Below, in pieces: positions 48,561 to 61,027 of a DNA stretch of 64,000 nt. Position numbers and translations under genes: made by a program. This DNA is from Felis catus (lineage: Eukaryota), in assembly GCF_018350175.1 (NCBI RefSeq), contig NC_058383.1, forward strand, positions 23,872,001 through 23,936,000, read 5' to 3'. The number at the start of each line of letters is the position of its first letter. Positions within the stretch are counted from its first letter, which is position 1. The notes beneath the pieces are model-generated. The model had not been told where the DNA came from. It saw nothing but the letters and a program-made list of their open reading frames with translations, and made no database searches.

Positions 48561-49315
48561 AAGATAAAAGATTTCTTAAATCAGCCAGTTTCATTCATTT
48601 ACTGTACCGTCCTAGCCCCTGTAGTCCATGGCCTCAACAAACAGAGTCTGGGAAATGACAGAAATGACATAAACAGAAGGGGTGTTACCCAAGGAAAATG
48701 TTGCCTGACCTTGGCTCCTTGGTGTTAAATGCTAGACATGGTGACACTCGAACACTGTGAGATGCAAATATTCGTTTGCTTATGGCTATTCATGGTTACA
48801 GGCAAGACACAGCCTGTTAGCCGAACAGACAGTTGGATTTTCAATCCGCCAAATGGTTCCATACACATTTGCTAATTGTTACCTCCATTGTGGACACAGG
48901 TGGCACCAACGGACGGATTGGTACAGAACTGATGGCTCACTCACAGTTGACCCTGCAGTAGCAGGGATGTACTTGGAGAAAGACCTGAGACAACTGTTTC
49001 AGACTCACAGCTTTGATGGGAGCAGAGGTGGGGTGGGGCCCACGTTGTTGGCGACTGGATAGAGATTCGGGATTCTACCAGCAAGGCTTTAAAAGGCCTC
49101 TAGGCACACTGGTGCACAATCAACTCATCGCGCATGCTGAGCAAAGGATCTCCTGTGACTTCATGCTGTCCCTGCTATTCCCACATATTCATCTTAACCT
49201 GATTATACTGAGCATGGTGGTGGGGGAGGGAAGCAAGTACAGATTCCCCAGAAACAGCCTTGGAGCCAGGCAGGGAGGGAGGAGAGGGATACCGCGTGTT
49301 GACAGAAGGGCTTAC

Positions 49316-49381
49316 CTCCGTCTCTGTGCTATAGCAGTGGTAGTAGCCCCCAAGAGCTTCTGCAAAGTTCTTTAGGACAGC
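49316..49381 (-). CDS. VWA3A: VWA3A exon: AVLKNFAEALGGYYHCYSTETE
   Basis: ctacag| acceptor, |gtaagc donor; 66 nt. Confidence 0.93.
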
Positions 49382-49613
49382 CTGTAGGGAGGGAGACAGG
49401 GTCAGCTCTCCATAGGGCAACGCCAGTAGTCTGACAAGCCTTCTCCTTGACTGAGCCTCCCAACTGCCCAAAGGGAGAATTAGGTACAAGGAGAGTTGTG
49501 TTCTGGTCCTTAGTTTGGGAGAGGTCCCTGTCCATGCACGGAGCCCCCAACGCTGGCCCAGCTAGCTCCCTATGGCCAATCCAAGGGAAACATTGAAGAA
49601 TCCCAGTACTTAC

Positions 49614-49722
49614 AGGGGGCACCTGATCGTTGCATTTGTAGGTGATGACGTGGGTGATGAGGTCCCGTCCCACAGTGGACTGTTGGATGTAGTTGGACAG
49701 AATTTCAGAAGGCTGATCTGGG
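49614..49722 (-). CDS. VWA3A: VWA3A exon: (C)PDQPSEILSNYIQQSTVGRDLITHVITYKCNDQVPP
   Basis: ctccccag| acceptor, |gtaagt donor; 109 nt. Confidence 0.93.
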
Positions 49723-50043
49723 CTGGGGAGAAGACAGAAGAAAACGGGGTGCCCCAGGTCAAATCACTTTGAGGACCATCCAGAGAAAACGGGAACATCT
49801 ACCAAATCGAACTGACCACGTGTGTTCCAGGTCACCTTAGGAACGTGTGGGGAGGAGTGGACTGCAGGCCTGGCCTGCCCTGGCTGCCCCCTGCCCTGAC
49901 ACCTGTGGACAGATGGCCTGTGAACGAAATCCTTCTCTCAAGCGTGTGTGAAGAGTCATGCTTGACGGTCTTTCCTCTAACAATGGATTGGTTCTCCAGC
50001 CCCCTTGATGTGGTCTGTTACCCACGGAGGAAAGGAGACCTAC

Positions 50044-50169
50044 CAGCTGCCCATTATGGTCACCAGAGAATTCAGTCCTTTCAGGGTGAAGATTTTCCTC
50101 AGGGCTTGTAGCAGATTGCTGCCCCCATCAGGCTGGAGCTTCTTCACCCAGAGCTTGAGTTCCTGGAGG
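50044..50169 (-). CDS. VWA3A: VWA3A exon: (T)LQELKLWVKKLQPDGGSNLLQALRKIFTLKGLNSLVTIMGS(C)
   Basis: tacacag| acceptor, |gtaggt donor; 126 nt. Confidence 0.93.
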
Positions 50170-50286
50170 CTGTGTAGACAACAGACACCTAAACACAGTA
50201 CTCTTTCAGGGTGCCAGGCTCAGCACAAACACAAGCTCACTTCAGACTAACAATAATTCTTTTCTTTTTTAAAATTTTTTAAGTTT

Positions 50287-50526
50287 AGGGGTGCCTGGGT
50301 GGCTCAGTCGGTTAAGCATCTGACTTCAGCTCAGGTCATGATCTCACGGCTCATGGGTTCAAGCCCCGCGTCGGGCTCTGTATTGACAGCTCAAGGCTTG
50401 GAGCCTGCTTCAGATTCCATGTCTCCTTCTCTCTCTGCCCCTCCCCTGCTAACGCTCTGTCTTTCTCTCTCTCAAAAATAAATAAACAAAAAAAATTAAA
50501 AATAAATAAAAATAAATTTTTAACAT

Positions 50527-50561
<35 letters not shown>

Positions 50562-50768
50562 TTTGTTTATTTTTTGAAAGAGAGAGAGAGAGAGACAGAG
50601 TGAGCACACAAGCAGGGGAGGGGCAGAGAGAGGGGGAGAGAGAGACAGAATCCCAAGCAGGCTCTGCACCATCAGCGCAGAGTCTGATGTGCGGCTTGAA
50701 CTCATGAACTGTAAGATCATGATCTGAGCCAAGATCAGGAGTCGGATGCTTAACCAACTGCGGCCTCC
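50287..50768. mobile_element. Tail-to-tail inverted CAN-SINE pair: 50287-50515(+) and 50520-50768(-)
   Basis: A-rich tail of the first abuts the (TTTA)n tail of the second. Confidence 0.9.
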
Positions 50769-52300
50769 AGACTAATAATAATTCTTGAGGTGGATACCTT
50801 CATTCCAATTTTATAGATGAGAAGACCCAGTTAGGACTTGCCCAAGGTGATACTGTAAGCAACTGGCAACACTGGGATATCAAGCCAGGCCTGACTCTAG
50901 GACCTGAGGTTCAAGTGACTCTGCCCATCAGGGGGTCTGGGCTAAGTTCCTTCTCCTCGATCCTGCCACACAAACCCCACTCCAAGTGCAGAGTGAATGC
51001 CCTGACCCCAGGAGCACTCCAAAAGGAGGCACCGTGGCTGTGTGGCCGCATCTCATGTGGACTGGGATATACTCCGGCCCTAAGAGGGAAGAAGATGTGA
51101 AGCAGTGCTTTCTCCATTAAATACCTCACACGGTACCAGTGAGAGAGTTCTGCTCTTTCCGTTTCTTTCTCTTTGACCAAAAAAGAAAGAAAAATAAGAA
51201 AAACAAAAATAAAATAAAAAACTTCAGCTCAGAGCTAGTAAGCCTGCCTTTCATTGTGCTAAGTGTTGAGTCTGCCTTTTAAACAAAGGGAAAGAGGTGC
51301 CTGGGTGGCTCAGTCGGTTGAGCATCCAACTCTTGATTTCGGATCTCACAGTTCGTGAGTTCAAGTCCCTGCATCGGGTTAAGCACTGACAGTGTGGAGC
51401 CTGCTTGGGATTCCCTCTCTTTCTCTCTCTCCCTCAAAATAAATAAGTAAACTTAAAAAAAAATAAACAAAGGGAAAGCAAATCCTAGGCCTACTGCCTT
51501 CTCTGGCTGATAGGTTTCAAGTTAGAATTTAATATCATTGTTTTGTTTGCTTTCATTGTATTTATTGTTATGGCTGCATCCTAATTACGGCAAGTGATAT
51601 GGGCTTTGTGATTATGGTACTGATAGTTTCCTTCAATAATCCATGTAGAATTGATGTTTTAAAATAGTACACGTGGCAGAGATGTGACAAAAATCACCAG
51701 GGTCATCCAGCAGTGACTGCAGTTGAGAAGCTCTTGCCTGTGACCTCATGGTGACTTTCAGATCTAACATCCCATAGGTGGGGTCTAACTGGAGTGGGAA
51801 CCACAGCAAAAAAAACACTCTCATTCACTGAGTGCCCTCATTTCATGTTCACGAGAGTTCAGTGAGGGATAGGTATCTCTGACCTCTCTCTGCTGAAGAC
51901 AGTTGAAGGAATGGTCAAGGTCACCTGCTCTGGGCTTTGGCAGCCAATCCTGGCTCTGCCACTTTGGGCACATGCCCTAACATGAGTCCCAGTTTTTTTA
52001 TTGGCAAAATGCAGATAAGAATCCTATTCCAAGTGCTGGCCCTAAGTATTAAGTAAGATAGCTCATGCTAAGCGCTTAGCATCGCACCTAACATGTGGTA
52101 GGTGATCAAGGATTTTCTCTTCATGGAGAAGACATTTTTATTTACTGCCATAAGTAAGTAGAAATTCTTACACATCTTCCTTTTTCCCCCTCTACACTCC
52201 CCTCCAAAACCCCAAACTAGAAGCTTCCAAATAAAGGACTAGTTAAATCATAGTACATTTACAGTGGTATACTAATGTAGCCATTAAAAAAGAGTAAGGT

Positions 52301-52753
52301 TGGGAGATCCTGGATGGCTCAGTTGGTTAAGCGTGCGACTCCTGATTTCAGCTCAGGTCATGATCTCGTGGTCTGTGAGATCAAGCCCCACGTCTGGCTC
52401 CACGCTGTGAGTGCAGAGTCTGCTTGGGATTCTCTCTCTTCCTCTCTCTTTGCCCCTTCCCTGCTCGCACGTGTTCACACACTCTCATCATCTCTCTCAA
52501 AAATAAATAAAAAAATAATAACATTAAATAAATAATATTAAAAATAATAAGGTAGATCTGTGTGTACTGAGAGAGAATGCTATGCAAGATTAAGTGCAAA
52601 GTCAAAGTGCAAGACAGTGCAACGCACTCCTGTTTGAATAAGCACACTGATGCGTGTATGCGTGGAAGTAGGTAGAGGAAACAGTTACTGGGAGGTGAGA
52701 GAGACTCTATTATTTATCCTTTCATGCTGTTTGAATTTCTTTAAATGTTTATT

Positions 52754-52791
<38 letters not shown>

Positions 52792-52957
52792 CACAAGCAG
52801 GGGAGGGGCAGAGAGAGAGGGAGACAACAAAACCTGAAGCAGGCTCTAGGCTCTGAGCTGTCAGTGCAGAGCCCGAAGCGGGGCATGAGCCCACAAACTG
52901 AAATCATGACCTGAGCCGAAGTTGGACGTTCAACTGACTGAGCCACCCAGGCGCCTC
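52301..52957. mobile_element. Two CAN-SINEs: about 52301-52520(+) and 52740-52957(-)
   Basis: Heads and tails visible; the second is flanked by 'catgctgtttgaattt'. Confidence 0.87.
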
Positions 52958-53265
52958 CATGCTGTTTGAATTTTTAAAAATGAACACGTATTATCTTAAA
53001 AATAACAAAACTATCTTTGCTAGTTGGCTAGAGAAAAATGGCACCTTGTGGTTGTCTTGTCTTTTCATTTTGTGGATTGCTCACAACGCTGGCCACTTTT
53101 CCAAAGGCTACTGGTCCCTGCGCTTCCGCTCTGTGAGTTGACTCTTTGTACTCACTGACCTGTTGGGGTCTTGGGTTTGCACTGTGCTCATTCCCAAAAG
53201 ACACTACCACATAGAGAGGAAAATGAAGAAGCAAACATTCTGGCCAAGGTCGGGTAGATACTCAC

Positions 53266-53372
53266 GTGGAGGGGCTGACTTCCACGGGGTCTGGCCAGAG
53301 GGCGCTGGTGCTGGTGCCGAAGGACAGGACATACAGCTTCTCCTTGTGGCTCAGCTGCTCATCAATGAGGCT
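53266..53372 (-). CDS. VWA3A: VWA3A exon: SLIDEQLSHKEKLYVLSFGTSTSALWPDPVEVSPS(T)
   Basis: tgccag| acceptor, |gtgagt donor; 107 nt. Confidence 0.93.
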
Positions 53373-54774
53373 CTGGCAGACAAAGGGACATCATTGGCTC
53401 CTGGAGCCGTGGGCCACATGGAGCCTGGCTTCACTCCTCATGCTGGGGCTGGGCCCTCTCAGTTGGGGTGTGAGCCGTGCTGAGACAGAGTTGCTTAGTG
53501 GCCCCAAGCTGACATTTGCTTCCTGCCCACTGAGTCGCAAGGAAGTGTGGGATGAGTGCCCCTGGTGACCCATCCCAGCCTGTGTGCGTGGTGGAGCCAG
53601 GGCACCGGCCTCAGCCTACAGATTGGCACACCACCCTGGGAGGCTGTGTCCTGACTCACTCCCAGTGACTGCAGACTGACGTCTTCCGGAGCAGCTCCTC
53701 AGGGTGGCCACACACTTGGGTCATGGACTATGGGGGGAGGGGATGTGAGCGTCTCGGCTACCCATCTCAGCATGCGCTATGGTTGGACCCTTAACTGTGG
53801 CACCCAGGGAGGGGGGGAACAGGGGTCAGGGGGCAGTGGCTTCTCGCCAAAACACGGTGGCTATGCGATGGGCACAAGGCCAGCCTGTTTGATGCTCTCA
53901 AGCTGCCGCTGATGAATCCCCAACAGTAAGATAGCTTCTCCTCTTCTTCCTGGCTAGAGTTTCATCTGTATGCCACCAACATGACCCCTGCCATGGCTAA
54001 TATTCGACCAGCCCACCTGGGGAATCTTTAGAAACTCAGCCCCGAGGACGTGTCATGAAGGGGTCTGCGCTATTTCCTGACATCCGTTGAGACCAGGAAC
54101 GGGGGACAAGCGTGGACAACAAGTCCATGTTGAACCCTAAGAGTCCTCAAACTGACTATTGCCTCCAAAATTCTAGGGGTTCCGATAAGAAAATAGCCTC
54201 TCCACATTAGTTCACAGAGGCTACAGAGGTTTTATTTTCCATGCCAGACTTTGTACTGAGCACTTAACTTGGGTGAACCCCTTTCATCCCAGGGCAACCC
54301 TGTCAGGTGGCCACTGTTATCATCGTATTTTACTGATGAGGTAACCTAGGCATAGGGAGATTAGGTAGAAGGTCCACAGCCTCCAAGTGGCAGATGTGGC
54401 TGGGACTTGAGCCCAAGTCATCTAACTCTGGAGTTCTTAGCTTCTTTGTAATGGACAATGCCAAAGAAAATGGGATAGCTCTTGGGTCCAGAAAAGACCA
54501 GGAGACTGGGGCTATGCTATGCTGGGGTCAGTCCAAGTGATTAGTCTTCCCATCCTCTTTCCAGGGAACTCGGGGGCTCTTGTGGACAAGTCTAGCTAGC
54601 AGGGACTGCTGTGGTAAGAATATTAGAAGCTCACACTGGAACTGAAAAGGACTCCATGGTTGGGTTTCACAGAAACCTTTGCAGTTGCTATAAGGGAATC
54701 CAAGGAGCAAGCTCACAACGGGGAGGGGGTGATGGGGGTGGTTCCAGGTACTTCTCTGTGCCAGAGAGACTTAC

Positions 54775-54873
54775 CAGGAGGTCATTTTGGAACTCCTCTT
54801 TTTGAGAGCCACTGCTAATGGCGGACACATCAACAATGATGCCAACTCTGGCTCCCTTGATGAGGCCAAATGC
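54775..54873 (-). CDS. VWA3A: VWA3A exon: AFGLIKGARVGIIVDVSAISSGSQKEEFQNDLL
   Basis: ttttag| acceptor, |gtaagt donor; 99 nt. Confidence 0.93.
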
Positions 54874-55084
54874 CTAAAACCAAAGAGGGCATGTGGAAAT
54901 AACCAGCACAACTCTGTGCTTCTCTGAAGCCTCTTCCCGGGCATCTCTGCATGATGCAGACATTGGAACATACCCCCCGACCTCAAAAAGCAGCAGAAGG
55001 CAGGTCCATTTTACAGAGGAAAAAGCAAGACTCGATGTCCTGACTTTAGATCTGGGCAGTATCTGTTCTTATTTCTTTCTTTAA

Positions 55085-55300
55085 AAAAATTTTTTTTTAA
55101 TGTTTATTTACTTTTGAGACAGACAGAGACAGAATGTGAGTGAGTTAGGGGCAGAGAGAGAGGGAGACACAGAATCTGAAGCAGGATCCAGGCTTCGAGC
55201 TGTGAGCACATAGCCCGATGCGGGGCTCAAACTCACGAGCTGTGAGATCATGACCTGAGCTGAAGTCAGCTGCTCAACCGCTGAGCCCCCCAGGCACCCC
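55085..55300 (-). mobile_element. CAN-SINE
   Basis: Reverse-strand head, body and T-rich tail. Confidence 0.88.
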
Positions 55301-56669
55301 GTATCTGCTCCTATTTTGTGGCAGCCTCCTCTTCACAAGGGTTTTTTCCCTCACGTCCACTCTTATAAAGTAACACATGTCCATTAAAGACAATTTGGAG
55401 ACCAGAGGAAAGCATCCTTTGTAAGATACAAAGTCGGATATCTAATTCCATCAGCTGATTTTGTTCCATTTCTCTAGATCCTTATTTATTTTTCACCCAC
55501 TCTACCAATCAAAGGTAGATGTGTCAAACTCACGGCTGCCATGGTATTTCCAGGAGTTTCTAATTCTGTTTCTAGCGGTTCTCACATTCTATATGCCAAC
55601 GAGGTTTGACTCTGCCCGGGACTTCATCCTGTTACGGCTCCATCATGAACCGGGATTTTCATTCATGCAAAACGGCTAGTTCTCTAGGGGCAGTGGGTTC
55701 CATTTGATGCTTTTGGCCTGAAATCTCACTTTCCTGCACGCCCAATTTTCCTGCTTGATTAACTTCTCCTCTCAGAGAGGTGTGTTTTATATCTCTCACA
55801 TCCCAACATTTCCTTTCTACACTCCCTCAGCAAGTGATTTTTGCCTCCGATTTCACTGAGAAAAGAAAAATGAACCAGAGTTTTGTTTTGTTTGTGTTTT
55901 AAGTTATTTTTTATATTATTTATTGTTTTAAGTAATCTCCATACCCAATGTGGGGCTTGAACTCCTGACCCTGAGATCAAGTGTCACATGCTTCACTGAC
56001 TGAGCCAGCCAGGTGCCCCTGTTTTATTTTTTAATCTTTCCTTGCCTGCCTGCCCACCTTTGCCTACACACTTAGGCTCTTCCCCTGTTACAATGTATCT
56101 ATGGCAACTACCAAAGCTCCAAGGCCAACCCTGTGGCTTCCATTACTGGCTCTTCTTTGGTCAAATAGGGACTTTGTTACCATAACCATCCCTTCTCCTG
56201 GACTTCCTGTTCCATCACCACACCATTTCCATCACCATACAAATAGGCTGTCCTGTTGCCCATCTGAAAAAGGAAATAAACCTTCCAGGACCCCACCTCT
56301 CCCTCCTGCTACCCCACCTCATTTCTCTGCTTCCTATTTTAGAGTTGCTTCCTTACCCCCCATTTCTCTGCCACCCCCTGAGTTTAGGCTCTCACCTCCT
56401 CACTCCCCTGAAGCCACCCATGCCAAGGTGATCAGTGAGCTCACTCTTACCAGACCCAATGGGCTAATGTAAGTTCTCAACTTTCTCCAGTCTGAGGGGC
56501 ACAGGACACCATTTGGCTGTGTCAAGAACATGACAAGTTGAAGCACTTAATGAATACACTTGTCTTTCAGGACATCACATTTTCCTGTTTCTTCTTCCAC
56601 TTGCTGGCCAGTCCTTCTTACCCTCCACCCTCTCCTCCCAAAGTCTAAATTAGGGGACTGTCCTGGGAA

Positions 56670-56812
56670 CTTGTTAGATGTAAAATCTCAAGTCCCACCC
56701 TAGATTTGCCTAATTAGAGTCTGCATTTTAACAAAATCCACACACACACCCCCCCCCCCTGCCCCCACCACCACCAAAAGGGATTTGGCTGCCATAAATT
56801 TGAGAAGCACAG
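56670..56812. mobile_element. MER5A-like hAT DNA transposon relic
   Basis: 'cttgttaga..aaatctcaagtcccaccctaga..gtctgcattttaacaa..aatttgagaagcac'. Confidence 0.6.
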
Positions 56813-56850
56813 GGTTAGGGGTCCATCATCCTTTAGCCTCCTTACCTACA

Positions 56851-57182
56851 CCAGGGTTTGTCAAACCCCAAACTAGTGACATTTTTTTTTTCAACGTTTT
56901 TTTTTTTTTTATTTTACTTTTTTTGAGACAGAGAGAGACAGAGCATGAACGGGGGAGGGGCAGAGAGAGAGGGAGACACAGAATCGGAAACAGGCTCCAG
57001 GCTCCGAGCCATCAGCCCAGAGCCCGACGCGGGGCTCAAACTCACGGACCGCGAGATCGTGACCTGGCTGAAGTCGGACGCTTAACCGACTGCGCCACCC
57101 AGGCGCCCCACTAGTGACATTTTTAAAAAAATGTTTATTTATTTATTTTGAAAGAGAGAGAGACAAAGATCAAGGGGGAAGG

Positions 57183-57218
<36 letters not shown>

Positions 57219-57544
57219 GAATCCCAAGCAGGCCCCGGGCTGTCAGCACAGAGCCCAATGTGGGGCTTGAACCCACCAACTGTGAGATCATGACCTGAGC
57301 AGAAATCAAGAGTTGGATGCTTAACCAGATGAGCCACCGAGGCACCTCCTGAACTGTTAACATTTTGAGCTGGACAGTCCTCTGTTGTGGGGAGCTGACC
57401 AGACCATTGTAGGGTGTTTAGCAGCTTCCCTGGCAAGCTGCCCTCCCAGTCTTGACAATGAAACATTTCTCCAGACAAGGCCAAATGTCCCCTGGGGTGA
57501 GGGTGGAGGGACAAAACCACCCCGCCTCCCATTAAGAACCACAG
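56851..57544. mobile_element. MER20 hAT DNA transposon relic split by two minus-strand SINEs (young 56883-57109, older about 57125-57348)
   Basis: MER20-like ends 'cagggtttgtcaaacc' and 'taagaaccacag', internal 'ccattgtagggtgtttagcagc' and 'ccaaatgtcccctgggg'. Confidence 0.8.
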
Positions 57545-58292
57545 TTCTGCACTCAGCAGCTAAGTGATCTCCCGTGTCTCAGGGATTTGAATACCATTGG
57601 TACACTGATGATAATCCAGTGCCCATCTGCAGGCAGAGCTCTTGCAGTTCCAAACTTCTGCATCCGACTGCCTGCTCGCGTCTCTGCCTGGGTGTCCAGC
57701 AAGCCTGTCAGACTCCATGTGGTGAAACCAAGACCTCTTGATTTTCCTCCTCACACCTGGTCCTCTCGTGAACGGCCTTCGACACGCACCCTGCTGGCCC
57801 CAAGCCCATGCGATTCACCAGCCCTGCCGGCTCTACCTTCAGGCCACGCCCTGAGTCCAACCATTTCTCGTTCCATCCACCTGAGCGCTTGAGCCTAAGA
57901 CACCACCACTCTGACCTGACCTTTGTTCTCTATGGTCAGTTTATGAAGCAGGCACAATGGCTTTTTTGAAACTTAAGTCAGATCATGTCACTCCCCTGCT
58001 TAAAACCCTCACCTGTAGAATAAAATCTGAACTCTGCAAGGACATTCCTGATTTGAGCCTCCTCTCCTCCCCTTCTCCTCCATGTTGTTCACTCTGTGCT
58101 TGCTGCCCTGACCTGCTTGCTGCTTCTAGAACATGCTAAGCTTGTTCTTGTCTTAGAGCCTGGGCATTTGCTGTTTCCTCTGCCTGGAACATTCTTGCCT
58201 AGGTGTCTACATGGGAATGCCCTTATTTCCTTCAGGTCAGTTGACTGTTCAAAGGCCTCCTCTTTGACCCTTCTATTTCAATAGTCCCCCTT

Positions 58293-58490
58293 TGGGGCCC
58301 CTGGGTTGCTCAGTCAGTTAAATGTCTGAGTTCAGCTCAGGTCATGATCTCACAGCTTGTGAGTTCAAGCCCCATGTTGGGCTGTATGCTGGCAAGGAGG
58401 AGGCTGCTTTGGATTTTCTCTCTCTGTCCCTCTCTCTGTCCCTCTCCTCCTCCCCTCCTCTGTCAAAAAATAAATAAACATTTAAAAGAA
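58293..58490 (+). mobile_element. CAN-SINE inside an older L2-like stretch
   Basis: SINE head and tail; flanks carry L2-like 'aagtcagatcatgtcactcccctgcttaaaaccctc' and 'gctgtttcctctgcctggaac'. Confidence 0.8.
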
Positions 58491-59339
58491 AAACAGCCCT
58501 CCTTCTATCCTACTCTCGATTCCCTTACCCTGCTTGCTTTTCTTTAAGCACTATCACTAACTTGACCTTGCATATGATTTGCTACATTATTCATTGTCCT
58601 CTCGCACTGGACTATAATCTCCACGAAGGTGGGACCTTCGTATTGGTCATGTTTCTAATCCTTAATCCTGGACCAGTGCCTGATATGTAGTAGTCTTCCA
58701 ACCAATATTTGCTGAATTCAGGACCCAAATGAGGTCTGAGGCCTCCCAGGACATTACCGATCCTCAGGGGCCGAAAGGAGCTCAAATCAAGGGCCAGTTT
58801 TATTCCTTTTAAAATTTGAGGACCTGCCCTTAGAGCATTTGTTGTTGAAAACATTCATGCTCTTACACTTAGCCATTGGAATTCTAGGCGTTTTTCCGAT
58901 AGAAATAACTGGAAAAGTACATAAGAGGGGACTGGAGCCTGGTGATGCTAGATATTCCCATTTTTCAAGCGAGGGCTAAAAAACAGACATAAACATGAAA
59001 CATCAGGATTTTCAATCTTGGCAACTAACTCGGGAAATATTTAAACTGTGTGGGCCAAGAAAAGCATGGCCGTGGGCCAGATTTGCCAGCATGCCACTAG
59101 TTTATAAGCCATAATATCCTCCATAAATATGGAAACAGACACCCAGAGGAGTGAGGCCACTTGCCTATGGCCTTGCTGACAGTAGTTGGGAAGTGGGCCC
59201 AGTGATGGCCTGTCCGGCACCCCAGGCTGCCTCAGCACCCAGAGGGCCCACGAGTTGGTTTATGGGTGATCGCTTCCCTGGGATCCAATCTGGGCTTGTT
59301 TCATGGTTCCTCTGTAGCTCCAACAGAAAAGGGTACAGC

Positions 59340-59462
59340 AGGGCCACCTGGGTGGCTTGGTCAGTTGAGCGTCCAACTTCGGCTCAGGTCATGATCTCAC
59401 GGTTCGTGAGTTTGAGCACGATGCTCGCTGCTGTCAGCACAGATGCCACTTCGGATCCTCTG

Positions 59463-59499
<37 letters not shown>

Positions 59500-59760
59500 G
59501 CCCCTCCCCTGCTCACTCTTTTTATCTCAAAAATGAACAGGGGCACCTGGGTGGCTCAGTTGGTTAAGTGTCCGACTTTGGCTCAGGTCATGATCTCGTG
59601 GTTTGTGAGTTCGAGCCCCACATCTGGCTCCGGGCTGTCAACATAGAGCCCGCTTCAGATCCTCTGTCTCCCTCTCTTTCTGCCCCTCCCCTACGTTCGC
59701 TCTCTCCAAAATAAAATGTAAAACAAAAAATGTTTTTAATGAATAAACATAAAAATAAAG
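59340..59760 (+). mobile_element. Two tandem CAN-SINEs
   Basis: Heads at about 59340 and 59539. Confidence 0.88.
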
Positions 59761-60329
59761 AAAGAAAGAAAAGGGTTGAGCAAAGAAAGGCCCAGCAATC
59801 CCTGCCTCCTTTGTCAAAAGTGCCAGGACAGGTGTAATAGAGGTGGGTAAGTATGCAGAACATTCCCTGAACAGATGTTTTTGGAGTGTGTGAAGATTTC
59901 ATCCCTCTGGGTTTTTCCTGCCTGTGTTATCATGTGCAACCAGAGGGGGCATGCCGCAGCTGGAGTCGTACATCCACTGACCAGTCTAAGGGAGTGAAGA
60001 AGGTTCTGGATCCGAGACACAGATGACACCGGGGAATCAGCTGTGACAGGCAGCCTCAGCACTATGTTGTCACCTACTGGTCTTGTGTAGGGGTGGGGGT
60101 TGGGAGCAGGGAGCCTGAATTTCAGCATCTGCCTGTCCCAGGGTTAAAGCAAGAACTGAGGATTACCTAAGGTGAAGCAAATGGTGAGCCAGTAATGTAT
60201 CAGCTGGAGGAAAATAGGCGGACACAAATAAGAAAGCAAAACAAAGGTTAATTTGCCCAGGATCACTTTTCAACCCTTTGGATCTGAGGAAAGCATTTAT
60301 TCAAACTTCTCAGAGAAGTTATGTCCAGA

Positions 60330-60920
60330 TGATCAGCCTTAGTCATGACTTTCACTGTGGGTCTGAGATTAAATGGCTTAGGGGAACATCTGTTGTTTTC
60401 ACCTGCCCAGGATCCATTTTCTGTTCTGGTAACAGCACCCTGGGTTTCCACGTGCAACCATCTATCCCCCTTTCTCAGTCTATGAGATTTGGGGGTATGT
60501 ACCCAGTCTCCCTGCACGTCCCCCACCCCCTAGTTCCAGATCTACCTGTTAGTACATCTCACTCCTTGGCTATGGTGATCTAAACTGGCTATGGTCTAAA
60601 TTGGCCCAAAGAGAGTCAATTCCAGGACTTGGGAGGGCACAGTGGGAAAGGAAGGTGAGGACCCTTTCAGAGGGTCACTTCAGCTGGTGTCATGTAAGCC
60701 TAGAGCTGCTGGTGACCACTTTTCCAAGCTGGGGAAAGCCTTCCTAAGAATAAAACCCAGAGGAAAGCAGAGCTCAGTGATAAAGAGATGACATCATCTG
60801 AGCCCATGGATACAGCTGTGTTTGGGTTTTTCATTTATGTAGGTCGAGAAATTCCTTTTTTTAGTTTAAGCCAGTTTAAGTTGGAGGTCTATCATTTGCA
60901 GCTGAAAGGACTGTGACAAA
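60330..60920 (+). mobile_element. Old MaLR LTR (MLT1J/K-like) relic
   Basis: 3' 'gtttaagccagtttaagttggaggtctatcatttgcagctgaaaggac' and 'tgtaagcctagagctgctggtgaccac'. Confidence 0.6.
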
Positions 60921-60972
60921 TACAGATGGACCTAGGACAAAGGGGGAGGAGAATGAAATCCTTGTTTCTTAC

Positions 60973-61027
60973 CTTCCTGCTGCTTTCTGTGAGCCACTGG
61001 ATTCTCTGTTGATAGAGTTCAATAGCT
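60973..61027 (-). CDS. VWA3A: VWA3A exon: (G)AIELYQQRIQWLTESSRK
   Basis: ttttcgcag| acceptor, |gtaaga donor; 55 nt. Confidence 0.92.

Noticed and set aside
56095..56108. RFX X-box-like motif gtatctatggcaac in a VWA3A intron
   Set aside because: It is a single imperfect match inside old repeat-like DNA, far from a promoter, and cannot be told from chance without ChIP or conservation data.
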